DNA of 64,000 nucleotides from Candidatus Woesearchaeota archaeon (GTDB lineage Archaea > Nanobdellota > Nanobdellia > Pacearchaeales > GW2011-AR1). The position numbers and the translations under genes were made by a program. The DNA is taken from NCBI GenBank assembly GCA_964408235.1, contig CAYOYN010000001.1, positions 13,450 to 77,449 on the forward strand, written 5' to 3'. Under the pieces are notes generated by a model that made no database searches, was not told the origin of the DNA, and saw only the letters and a program-made list of their open reading frames with translations. This document shows positions 1 through 8,637 of the stretch, piece by piece. Position 1 is the stretch's first letter. Every line of letters starts with the position of its first letter.

Positions 1-132
1 CATAGCCATCATTCCAAGGGCATGTCCAAGTGCATATGGTTTAAGGTCCCCAACTCTAAAATGCTCATGCATTCCATCATGGGCGTGCATATCCATGTGT
101 TTAGAATGATGATGCATCGACCTTTTTTTCAT
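1..132 (-). CDS. Partial CDS (N-terminal 44 aa). His/Met-rich protein that continues beyond the window start.
   Basis: Manual reverse-complement translation from ATG at 130-132 gives MKKRSMHHHSKHMDMHAHDGMHEHF..., open to position 1. The His/Met-rich N-terminus suggests metal binding. The overlapping + ORF 22..210 has an implausible composition. Confidence 0.35.
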   Translation of the reverse strand, partial: MKKRSMHHHSKHMDMHAHDGMHEHFRVGDLKPYALGHALGMMAM

Positions 133-248
133 AACCTATATACTCCAGTATCATATATAAACTTTACTTCAGAAAGTTTATGCATGTTGTCGTCAGACGA
201 CTTTGTATGAATCTTATTAATAAATACAAATTTCAACAATAGTAAAGA

Positions 249-257
249 TTTAAAAAC
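249..257 (+). promoter_or_regulatory. TATA-box-like element (TTTAAAAAC) centred about 27 nt upstream of tRNA-Asp
   Basis: A/T-rich octamer at the canonical archaeal -26/-27 position relative to tRNA start 280. Confidence 0.35.
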
Positions 258-279
258 AATTTTTATCACAAAAGTTTAG

Positions 280-351
280 GCTCGTCTAGTATATCGGTTA
301 GTACATGGCCCTGTCGCGGCCAAGAGCCGGGTTCGATTCCCGGGACGGGCG
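280..351 (+). tRNA. tRNA-Asp (anticodon GTC)
   Basis: Manual fold. Acceptor GCTCGTC/GACGGGC (7 bp, one G-U). D-stem GTAT/GTAC. Anticodon stem TGGCC/GGCCA with loop CTGTCGC (U33, GTC, G37). T-arm CCGGG-TTCGATT-CCCGG. Discriminator G. No encoded CCA. Confidence 0.8.
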
Positions 352-402
352 TCTCTAGCTAATCTTCTAGAGCTATACACTAGCGTAATTCAGTGGAGCT
401 GC

Positions 403-1887
403 TTACAGTTTCGCAAGTTCGTCAGATCTCAAACAGCACTTCTTGTATTTCTTCCCGCTCCCACACGGACAGCGTTCATTCCTCCCAATCTTGGACTTCC
501 GTTGAAATGCTGGCAGCTTTGGATATTCGCTAAAATTTATCGCTTGTGGGACTTGATGAAGCCCCCATTGAAGCTCCGTGGCCAAGGGTCTGATTTCTTC
601 TCTTCTCTCTGCGCTTACTTCTAGAGAGGGTGCGTAGAACAAGTCCCAACTAACGAAGCCAGATCTCACATGTGCTCCGTAGTTAACTGCCAAGCCAACA
701 ACTTGACTTCCTGCACTTATTGTTATCCCACACTGCCACTCAATGTAAGAAGCCAGAGCCATGAGTCTGCGCATTCGATAAGACTTTTCATCTTCATCAG
801 GCAACTGTTTGCATACGAACAATACATACACTGTCTTTGAGAGACTTGTCGGCATCAGAATGCGAAAATGTGGGTGCTTTGTTGAGACAAGGATTCCGTA
901 TAGTCCTTCTGCCAATAGTCTGCGTCCAAGGCGTGATTCGGATGCAAGAGTTCTCAAGGCAATTTCAAGTTCACTAACAGGTTGAGTCAACTCTGGAAAC
1001 TGCAGCGTTCCATTGAGCGCGTTATCAGTAAAGCGATCAATCATGTCATCAATAAGAAAGCTGGGTGCGTTGCTTTCGACATACGACTTGTACTGTGGGC
1101 TACTAACAAACTCATCCCAACAGCCGTCTTCAATGAATAGACCGGTTACCTCTTTAGGAATCACGAAATCATGTTTGTTGTTTTCATCGCTGAAGTGAGT
1201 AAGATAGTAAGCCAGCAACTCCTCTTCTCCTGCTGCTAGAACTCTCTTACCTGATCTCATGAAGCGTTCTTTGCTTCGTAGATATGCAAGGAAATCAGAT
1301 GTAGTGTTTAGATGGCCTAGAATCTTGCTCAAATTAGTCTCGTCCAATACATGTACGTAAGGACGATTCGGATCTAAGTCACCAACGGTGAAGATTGCTT
1401 CGTCGCTCACTTGTTCTGAAGTAACCATTAGTGATCCAGTAGAAGAGGGGAGTGCGGCCGCTCTTCTGCCAGTCGGATCGTGTGCAACAACCACGAGATG
1501 AAATCTAGGATTCGCCGGCATAGAAAACGGAAGACGTTGCTTGCATTGCTTGTCGCTAAAGACCCTATCAGGGTGCTTCCTCAACCAACCCTCGGCACGA
1601 TACAACTGATGTGCTGATTCTTGGATCGCACGACTATACCACCTTTTCCATGCAGTCTCTGGATTTGCGTGTGATGGATACTCGCAGTTCTTGTCAGAGA
1701 AAAGAATGATGTCGTCCCCAAAGACCACCATTAGATCAACTATTTCCCTGCCGTCGGCCCAGTTCTTCTTGCCTTGATCTTTAAACGGTGACTGATAGCT
1801 CCACAGTCGCAGGAAGCTCTTGCGTGCTAAAGTACCTAAGTAATTTTCAGTTTCTATCGTCACTGCACGCAAGAGCCTCGTAAGCAT
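403..1887 (-). CDS. Hypothetical 494-aa protein with a C-terminal SEC-C zinc-binding motif (CPCGSGKKYKKCC). Encoded in the GC-rich island.
   Basis: Long uninterrupted ORF. Local GC is about 48% versus about 30% for the window. It lies immediately 3' of tRNA-Asp. The C-terminal CxC...CC SEC-C-type motif is recognisable. The N-terminal half is not recognised. Confidence 0.7.
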   Translation of the reverse strand: MLTRLLRAVTIETENYLGTLARKSFLRLWSYQSPFKDQGKKNWADGREIVDLMVVFGDDIILFSDKNCEYPSHANPETAWKRWYSRAIQESAHQLYRAEGWLRKHPDRVFSDKQCKQRLPFSMPANPRFHLVVVAHDPTGRRAAALPSSTGSLMVTSEQVSDEAIFTVGDLDPNRPYVHVLDETNLSKILGHLNTTSDFLAYLRSKERFMRSGKRVLAAGEEELLAYYLTHFSDENNKHDFVIPKEVTGLFIEDGCWDEFVSSPQYKSYVESNAPSFLIDDMIDRFTDNALNGTLQFPELTQPVSELEIALRTLASESRLGRRLLAEGLYGILVSTKHPHFRILMPTSLSKTVYVLFVCKQLPDEDEKSYRMRRLMALASYIEWQCGITISAGSQVVGLAVNYGAHVRSGFVSWDLFYAPSLEVSAERREEIRPLATELQWGLHQVPQAINFSEYPKLPAFQRKSKIGRNERCPCGSGKKYKKCCLRSDELAKL

Positions 1888-2091
1888 TTAACGATTGTTG
1901 TGGTAGAACTGAAGCACTCTCTGCGTCGCCACAAAGCATAAATAGAAGTGTGCCGTCGGTAGTTCGAAGCACGAAGGACTTATGAGTCTTCCGCTGAAGT
2001 TATCTAGCAAACACATCTGGTAGAAGAACCAGAGGTGGGGCGCGCATAATATCCCAGCTAGAATTAAATAATCTCATTTCATTTCTACACT

Positions 2092-2511
2092 ATGAACTTC
2101 AAAGAATGTAAAGAAAAAGGTTTCATTGAAAATGTAAAAGGTGATAAAAAAATAGCTCATGCTGTTTACAAACTAGCTTCAAAGAAGCTACTCGTACAAT
2201 CTTTTATTCCAATGGATAAAGATCATGTCGAAGTAAGATTTACTTTATTTTTTGATAGTTTAACTCAATTTCTTGATTCTCTCGCACTTGAAAAAGGTTA
2301 CAGAATTTTGACTGTTGACGCGTACTTTGTGTTTATGAAAGATGTTTTGAAAGAAAACATACTCTCAAAGAGATTTGCTAAGTTGGTAGAAGCTTACAAA
2401 TTAATGAAATATGAAGGGAAATTACTAACAAAAGAAGAATTCGAAGATCATGTAGCTAATTTAATGGAATTACTCTCATTTATTGGAGAAAAATATTTTC
2501 AAAGTCAGTAA
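2092..2511 (+). CDS. Hypothetical all-alpha 139-aa protein (possible HEPN-like fold, unconfirmed)
   Basis: Clean ORF in host-like AT-rich composition. Predicted helical. No canonical Rx4-6H motif is seen. Confidence 0.45.
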   Translation: MNFKECKEKGFIENVKGDKKIAHAVYKLASKKLLVQSFIPMDKDHVEVRFTLFFDSLTQFLDSLALEKGYRILTVDAYFVFMKDVLKENILSKRFAKLVEAYKLMKYEGKLLTKEEFEDHVANLMELLSFIGEKYFQSQ

Positions 2512-2513
2512 AT

Positions 2514-2744
2514 TTACATTCCTAAGAATTTGAACAAATCATAGACTAAGAAAGCAGGCCAAACCAATGCTTTCAAAAATCCAACTACTCCTGCTCCAAA
2601 GCTAGATGCTGTAGATACATAATATACAGTTGCGCCTAAGAATCCTAATCCGTAAACTGCTCCACCACAAGCAGAAGATTTAGAGCTTCCACAATTACAA
2701 TCCTCGCAATAATTGCTCATTTTCTCTTTATTTGACTTTCTCAT
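2514..2744 (-). CDS. Small Cys-rich membrane protein (76 aa)
   Basis: N-terminal CxxCxC...C cluster followed by a Gly-rich hydrophobic segment. Confidence 0.35.
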   Translation of the reverse strand: MRKSNKEKMSNYCEDCNCGSSKSSACGGAVYGLGFLGATVYYVSTASSFGAGVVGFLKALVWPAFLVYDLFKFLGM

Positions 2745-2795
2745 AATTAAAATATGTCAAATTAGTTAATAAATGTTGCTAAGAATTTTGATTGT

Positions 2796-3491
2796 TTACA
2801 ACGGAACTTCAATAATCATTAAATAAAGCCCCTTACTTGAAATAATCTCAATCTCTTTCAAATCATAAATCTCTATGCTATCTCTATGAGATAATTTATC
2901 TCCTTCAATCAAGCAACCTCCCTCAATCACAAATGCAAAAAAGCCCCTTCCTTTTTCAAGAGGATAATTTATTCTTGTTTCTTTGTCAAATTTCCCTAAA
3001 AATATTTTAGCATCCTGATTGATAAAGAGATTGTTATCCTTTTTATTTCCTGAAACAACCTTAGTAAGTTCGTTATGCCTTAGATCAATAAATCTCTTAT
3101 CATGTCTAGGCATAATATCTTCTTTTGAAGTTTCGATCCATATTTGAAATAATTCAAGACTTTTATCTTTTGAATTGTTAAATTCAGAATGGGTAATGCC
3201 TCGACCGGCAGACATTACTTGCATTTCTCCTTCTTTTATGACTTCCATATTCCCCATGCTATCTTTATGAATTAGTTCTCCTGAATAAACTAAAGTTATA
3301 ATCTCCATATTATCGTGTGGGTGAGTCATAAATCCTTTTCCGCGAGAAATAATGTCATCATTAAGAACAAGCAATTTTCCAAAGCCAGTTCTTTCAGGAT
3401 TATAATAATTAGAAAAGCTAAAACTAAATTTAGATTTAAGCCAATCTAGGTCGCTTTTTCCTCTTTCAGAAGCTAACTGTATCCTTTTCAT
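2796..3491 (-). CDS. Pirin-family cupin protein
   Basis: THPHDNMEIITLVYSGELIHKDSMGN matches the pirin HPHRGFE...H.DSMGN metal-binding cupin signature. Size of about 230 aa fits. Confidence 0.75.
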   Translation of the reverse strand: MKRIQLASERGKSDLDWLKSKFSFSFSNYYNPERTGFGKLLVLNDDIISRGKGFMTHPHDNMEIITLVYSGELIHKDSMGNMEVIKEGEMQVMSAGRGITHSEFNNSKDKSLELFQIWIETSKEDIMPRHDKRFIDLRHNELTKVVSGNKKDNNLFINQDAKIFLGKFDKETRINYPLEKGRGFFAFVIEGGCLIEGDKLSHRDSIEIYDLKEIEIISSKGLYLMIIEVPL

Positions 3492-3576
3492 AATTTAAAA
3501 TTCTAACCAAACTATAAAGATTTTACTTAATGTCTAGGCCAAAAAACCTTATAAATACAAACTAATTCAAGATATA

Positions 3577-4428
3577 ATGATTAATTCAAAAAGTTTGGTG
3601 ATAACAGCTTTATTTTTGTTTTTAGTAGCATTTGTATCAGGCCTTGAAGTAAAAAAGACTGAATTTATTTTTAATACAGACCCTTACGTCAATATTAGCG
3701 TTTCAGTTTTAAATGAAGAAACTGGAGAAGAAGTAGAATTATTTGAAGGAAGGGCTAGAAAGTTTGGAGAATTTAGATTCACATATTACGGAACAGTTAA
3801 TCAAGTTAATTTAAAGGCAAAAATAATCAATAATGAAACAGGAGATGTAATAAAAGAAGAAACCTTTGGCCCATATGTTTTAGGAATTCCTTCAGCAACC
3901 ATGAATTTCACATTAGGCGAAATAGAAGCTTCAGAAGAAGTTGTTGAAGAAACATTGCCTGAAACAACAGAGGCAATAAGCGAGGAAGCTTCAGAAAATA
4001 GTCCAATTCTAGGTTTAGTTATAGGAGAAAACGGAGAGTTTAGAAAAATCTATTATTATGTTTTAGCAGGAATTATCGGTTTAGTTATTTTAACTGTTGT
4101 TTTAAGAAAGCGCTTATCTACAGTTAAATCCGGTCCTGTTGAACCGCATCCAACTAAAGTAATCAAAAAAGTAAAGCCTTCAAAAACTGAAGTTGTGGTA
4201 CCAGTAGTGGATAAATCAAATGAAGAAAATATAAACGATACAGAAAAAAGAATAGCGGACTTACAAAAACAATTAGAGCAGATAAGAAATGAAGAAAGGT
4301 TGGCTAAGTTACAAAAACAACTTAATCTAGAAAGACAATCATTGAAAAAGTTACAGGAAGAGACTGATGAACCTAAGGTTAATCCTCCTCAAAACAACAA
4401 CTTAGGCGACCAACCTAAACCTTTCTAA
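3577..4428 (+). CDS. Membrane protein with N-terminal signal-anchor, acidic ectodomain, a TM helix and a C-terminal coiled coil
   Basis: Hydrophobic N-terminus, E-rich region, central TM (YYVLAGIIGLVILTVVL) and KLQKQL heptad-like C-terminus. Confidence 0.5.
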   Translation: MINSKSLVITALFLFLVAFVSGLEVKKTEFIFNTDPYVNISVSVLNEETGEEVELFEGRARKFGEFRFTYYGTVNQVNLKAKIINNETGDVIKEETFGPYVLGIPSATMNFTLGEIEASEEVVEETLPETTEAISEEASENSPILGLVIGENGEFRKIYYYVLAGIIGLVILTVVLRKRLSTVKSGPVEPHPTKVIKKVKPSKTEVVVPVVDKSNEENINDTEKRIADLQKQLEQIRNEERLAKLQKQLNLERQSLKKLQEETDEPKVNPPQNNNLGDQPKPF

Positions 4429-4446
4429 AAATAATATCAAAAAAAA

Positions 4447-5589
4447 TTATTTTAAACTCTTAGCTCTTTTAACCATAGCTAATTTAATTCTTTGAGTAGC
4501 TATTTCATTAGCTGCATCTCTTGGGTTTATTCCTTCTTTTTTAGCTTTTAATAATACCATTTCTGTATTCTTAGTAATTTTATCTTTTACAGTTTTATAC
4601 ATATATTTTGAATCTTTTCCTATATATTCCACCCAACTAGAGATGACTCCTCCAGCATTAGCTACAAAATCAGGAACAATCAAAATTTTCTTGCTCAATT
4701 GTTGCTCAATGTCTAAAGGAATAGGGATATTTGCAGCTTCAACAATAATCTTAGCATTTATTGAGTTCATATTTGATTTATTGATTACGTCAGGTAATGC
4801 TCCAGGAATAAGCACATCAACAGGCAATTCAAATAATTTATTTCCAGGTAACATTCTACCTTTTCCAAAAGTAACGCTTCCCTTATCTTTCTTAATGCGA
4901 GCTATTTCTTCAAATGACAAACCATTTTCATTATACAAACAACCCTTACTATCGCTAATTGCTACAATTTTAGCTCCAGCTTCCTCTAAATGTTTGAATG
5001 TAAAGTATCCCACATTACCGAATCCTTCTATTGCGATTTTAGCATTAGAAACTGGAATGCCTGCATGTTTCAATGCAACTTGGGTTGCGCAAGAAACACC
5101 AAGCCCAGTACTTCCAAGTTCATGAGGTAAACCACATATCTTTCTACCCTTTATGACTCTACAAAAATTCGCAGGCTTTCCTGTTGCAGCATTAAAATCT
5201 CCATGAGCTTTAACAAAAGTCTCCATCTCTTTTTCAGTTGTATTAATGTCAGGTCCAGCAATATACTCGCTAGGAACCAAGTTTCTTAACGATCTAGCGA
5301 AAGATTTTAAGAATATTTCTTTCTTACTCTCATCAACGTTTTTATCATAAATTATTCCGCTCTTTCCACCTCCAAATGGTAATCCTGCCAAAGAATTCTT
5401 TAGAGTCATTGCGCGTGCAAGTCTAAAGACCTCGCGAATATTTACCGTTGGAGTCATTCTTATTCCGCCTTTAGCAGGACCTAAAGCAGTATTATCAATT
5501 ACAGTAAAACCTCTCATACCAGTAGAAGGATCATATACTTGGACAATTTTTTCAGGCCCTAATTCATCTTTCACTTCTTGTAAATCCAT
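4447..5589 (-). CDS. Glu/Leu/Phe/Val dehydrogenase family enzyme (amino-acid dehydrogenase; glutamate or branched-chain type)
   Basis: GPAKGGIRMTP catalytic-lysine motif. Rossmann GFGNVG. Overall family layout. The 380-aa length and the RM after GGIR fit Leu/Val/Phe dehydrogenases as well as short GDH. Confidence 0.85.
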   Translation of the reverse strand: MDLQEVKDELGPEKIVQVYDPSTGMRGFTVIDNTALGPAKGGIRMTPTVNIREVFRLARAMTLKNSLAGLPFGGGKSGIIYDKNVDESKKEIFLKSFARSLRNLVPSEYIAGPDINTTEKEMETFVKAHGDFNAATGKPANFCRVIKGRKICGLPHELGSTGLGVSCATQVALKHAGIPVSNAKIAIEGFGNVGYFTFKHLEEAGAKIVAISDSKGCLYNENGLSFEEIARIKKDKGSVTFGKGRMLPGNKLFELPVDVLIPGALPDVINKSNMNSINAKIIVEAANIPIPLDIEQQLSKKILIVPDFVANAGGVISSWVEYIGKDSKYMYKTVKDKITKNTEMVLLKAKKEGINPRDAANEIATQRIKLAMVKRAKSLK

Positions 5590-5638
5590 ATCAACACCTT
5601 AATGTTAAATTTAATTCTATATTTAAATTATTACTAAA

Positions 5639-6148
5639 TTAACTTGCGCATAATACCCACTGGCAATTTACTCCAGAGGAGCTACCAGCTTTATAGACAC
5701 CATTAGCGAAATCATAGACTGGATTTATTGGAGAACCAGTTAAACCGTCTACCGGCTGAGCTCCACAATAAAAGGCACTTCCAGGACCGCAGAAACTAGT
5801 GCTCTGAACTTTTCTTACATACTGAGAAGGTACAGGAGGGCAATTTGTCCCATCACCTCTACAAAAAGAACTAGCCCTGTAACCTTCAAGAGCGAAGGAA
5901 TTTGCAGAAGAAACAGAGATATTTCCAGAACCCCCATGAGCTGATAACCAAGAACTGCCCGATGTTGCTAAACAAGAAGGATGAAGTGGATTAGATGAAC
6001 AACTTGGGGAAGCACCTTGAATTTCTCCAATGCTGTGTCCCACCACAGTAGGCTGGTTACCGCCATAAGCTATAACAAAAGTCGCTAAAAATAAGAATGT
6101 TAAAATCAATATTAAATGTGTTTTCCTTATATTAATTTCAATTTTCAT
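5639..6148 (-). CDS. Secreted Cys-rich protein (169 aa)
   Basis: N-terminal signal/TM and about 12 Cys in the mature region. Last gene of the co-oriented surface-protein cluster. Confidence 0.5.
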   Translation of the reverse strand: MKIEINIRKTHLILILTFLFLATFVIAYGGNQPTVVGHSIGEIQGASPSCSSNPLHPSCLATSGSSWLSAHGGSGNISVSSANSFALEGYRASSFCRGDGTNCPPVPSQYVRKVQSTSFCGPGSAFYCGAQPVDGLTGSPINPVYDFANGVYKAGSSSGVNCQWVLCAS

Positions 6149-6187
6149 CTTCTCTCAAGATAAGTAGTTTTAGCTCATTAATAAATC

Positions 6188-8596
6188 TTATTGGCTCTGG
6201 TTATTGAATGCATTGTTTAGGTTTTGGCTTCTTAAAGCTAGTTCTCTAAATGTGGAATCAGTAGAATGATTTAGTTTTAATTTCATGAGTCTACTTATTT
6301 TAATTAAAGCAAATATTATTGAAGCAAATAAAATCGAGAATGCAAACCAATAAATCAATCTTAATTCATATTCTTTTTCGCTAGCTTCTAGGTTGCTTGG
6401 TTCTTCATTCTCTATTTGAGTATTTTGTTCTGGTAAGTTCCCACTACCTGTAGTTGTACCGCTACTTCCAGTAGTTGTTCCAGAAGTCGTGGATCTTCCA
6501 GAACTTCCTCCGCTAGATCCACCACTTGAGCCACCGCTAGAACCTCCAGAACTTCCAGAACCAGAAGTTGATGAAGGTTGGCTAATTACATTAACCACCA
6601 TATTATTATTCAAATCTCCAAATAAAACATTTTGGTTCCTCATTCTCCAAGAAAACTGATATTGTCCTGGAGTAGACGGAGCAATAACATTAAACGTAAA
6701 TGTTTTTTCTTCTCCATTTAAAATCAATTCATTACTATTCAAATTGGCTGTTTGTGTTCCCCAATAATTATTTTGCGAAGAGAGTTGATAATTGGAAATA
6801 TTCCAGGTATTAAGGCCTGTATTTCTAAAAGTAATATTAACTTGATAACTTTGGCCTACAATCATTTCAGTTGGAACTTGTTGAGATATAAAATCTGAAT
6901 CTTCATTAAGGTTAATTACATTAAATCTATCTATAGGCGTTGTAACAAAATTACCTTCTAAGTCATAAACTCTAGCAGCTATTTTATGTAATCCGTTATT
7001 TATCAAAGTAGTATCAAGAATATAGGTATAAGGTGAAGAAGTATCAGTAGAGATCAATCTATTGTTTAAGTAAAATTCTACCTTTGCCACTCCAGTATTA
7101 TCTGTAGCTTGAGCAGAAATAGTTACCTGGCCGTTAAGGTTAGAAGAAGATAGGGGATTTGAAAGAGTAACAGAAGGCAATATTTTATCGCTTCTATAAA
7201 CTCCACATTGGGAATGTCCATCTGGGCAGCATTGATTATAATTATATTCTTCTGCCTTACACAAATTATCCCAATAAGGTAAACATTGGTTGTTTTCAAA
7301 TACTCCGTGAAAGTCCACTGAATTAGGTGCAGGAGACAAAGGATGATCATTAGAAAATCCTACAAGACCTATACCTTCAGCATACCATTGTTCTTCGGTA
7401 AGGACAGGCTCTCCAGTACATAATCCTGATGCCAGAGTATAGCTTACTCTCAAAACAGAGTCAAGTCTTTCTCCAAAGTTGACTGGCACACTTATTGTTT
7501 CAGTATTAGCATAACAGAAATCTCCTTCGCAATAATCATATACTCTATATTTTGTATTTATCATAACATTACTTCCCGGACAAGCTCCGGACCCAGCAGA
7601 GCAAGTTGCATCGTAACAAATTTCTCCTGCTCCTTGTTCATTAAAGTAAATTGTATTCAGGTAACATTTCTGAGTTATGTGTTCTTGACCATCAGGGATT
7701 ACTTCAGTTGGTAAAATTACTAATCCTGGTTCGGGATGATATTCTTCCAAGAAATTTCCAGTTACCGTGCTAACTCTAAGACCATTACTTTTAACTATTG
7801 ACCAATGTGGAGGGATTATTGTACTCCCTTGTAAGAATTCATTTGGAAAATATTTATGCAAGTCAGGAACATCCCCCCAGGGTATTAGGTTGGTTGGATT
7901 TCCTCCAAGGCAATTACTTCCAAGTATTTTTTTCCTACTCATTGTTCCATCGCTATTAAGCTGGCTGGATACCAACCATGTATTTTGCCAACCAAGCCCG
8001 CTTGGGCATGGCGCACCCTCATCTCCCGGAGTACCTCCGTCTGGTCTATCTATCAACCAAGCACCTATTCCGTTTGAAGACCTACTTATCCAAGCTAATA
8101 CGGGCTCAGGATCAGCATTCCCGGAATCGGCCAATCTATTATCTTGAACAGTAACTTCTATATTGCTCTGCTCCCCAAACCATTCAACATGTTCGTGAAC
8201 CATTCTTAAGGTAAGGTTGTAAGTTCCAGCTTCTTGAGGAGCACTTATCCAGTAAGTAAATGTCTTTTCTTCTGCAGGAGATATAGATTCATGGGGTTCA
8301 AGATATATTCTTCCAGTACCAAATGTTATTTGCTGTCCAAAATTAGGATTTCCAAGTCTAAATCCTTGTTCATCTGACCAAGTAGTTATTCCGGTATTGG
8401 AGTAAGTTATTTTTATCTGATACGGTTGACCTGCCTGCATAATATTTGGGACTTCAAAAGAGACTATTCTAGAATCACTGTCTCCTGGAGCAAGGTAAAC
8501 TCTATTGCTAAAATGCCCTATTAAAATTAGTCCAAGAAATAAAAAACTAATTAAAATTATCCATATCCTCTCTTTTTTCATATGTAAAAGTACCAT
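6188..8596 (-). CDS. Large cell-surface protein (802 aa) with two FW/NBR1-like Ig repeats, a Ser/Gly-rich stalk and a C-terminal TM anchor
   Basis: Signal peptide. Repeats YQIKITYSNTGITTW...FTYWISAP..GTYNLTLRM..WFG and YQVNITFRNTGLNTW...FTFNVIAP..GQYQFSWRM..FG. (SGGS)n linker. C-terminal hydrophobic helix. Confidence 0.7.
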   Translation of the reverse strand: MVLLHMKKERIWIILISFLFLGLILIGHFSNRVYLAPGDSDSRIVSFEVPNIMQAGQPYQIKITYSNTGITTWSDEQGFRLGNPNFGQQITFGTGRIYLEPHESISPAEEKTFTYWISAPQEAGTYNLTLRMVHEHVEWFGEQSNIEVTVQDNRLADSGNADPEPVLAWISRSSNGIGAWLIDRPDGGTPGDEGAPCPSGLGWQNTWLVSSQLNSDGTMSRKKILGSNCLGGNPTNLIPWGDVPDLHKYFPNEFLQGSTIIPPHWSIVKSNGLRVSTVTGNFLEEYHPEPGLVILPTEVIPDGQEHITQKCYLNTIYFNEQGAGEICYDATCSAGSGACPGSNVMINTKYRVYDYCEGDFCYANTETISVPVNFGERLDSVLRVSYTLASGLCTGEPVLTEEQWYAEGIGLVGFSNDHPLSPAPNSVDFHGVFENNQCLPYWDNLCKAEEYNYNQCCPDGHSQCGVYRSDKILPSVTLSNPLSSSNLNGQVTISAQATDNTGVAKVEFYLNNRLISTDTSSPYTYILDTTLINNGLHKIAARVYDLEGNFVTTPIDRFNVINLNEDSDFISQQVPTEMIVGQSYQVNITFRNTGLNTWNISNYQLSSQNNYWGTQTANLNSNELILNGEEKTFTFNVIAPSTPGQYQFSWRMRNQNVLFGDLNNNMVVNVISQPSSTSGSGSSGGSSGGSSGGSSGGSSGRSTTSGTTTGSSGTTTGSGNLPEQNTQIENEEPSNLEASEKEYELRLIYWFAFSILFASIIFALIKISRLMKLKLNHSTDSTFRELALRSQNLNNAFNNQSQ

Positions 8597-8637
8597 TTAC
8601 AGTTAATAAACTCTTTTTCAAGAATATTTTACACTAA

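Noticed and set aside
22-210. Track ORF of 62 aa on + strand at window start
   Set aside because: Odd composition (MHSIMGVHIHVFRMMMH). It overlaps a more plausible minus-strand His/Met-rich N-terminus and the tRNA-Asp promoter region.
1013-1198. 61-aa + ORF inside the 494-aa SEC-C protein gene
   Set aside because: Antisense to a long, clearly coding ORF. Typical shadow ORF.
4643-5125. 160-aa + ORF antisense to the amino-acid dehydrogenase gene
   Set aside because: Lies entirely within a well-supported conserved enzyme gene on the opposite strand.
6460-6560. Tandem nucleotide repeat
   Set aside because: It encodes the (SGGS)n stalk of the 802-aa surface protein. It is a low-complexity coding repeat, not a CRISPR array.
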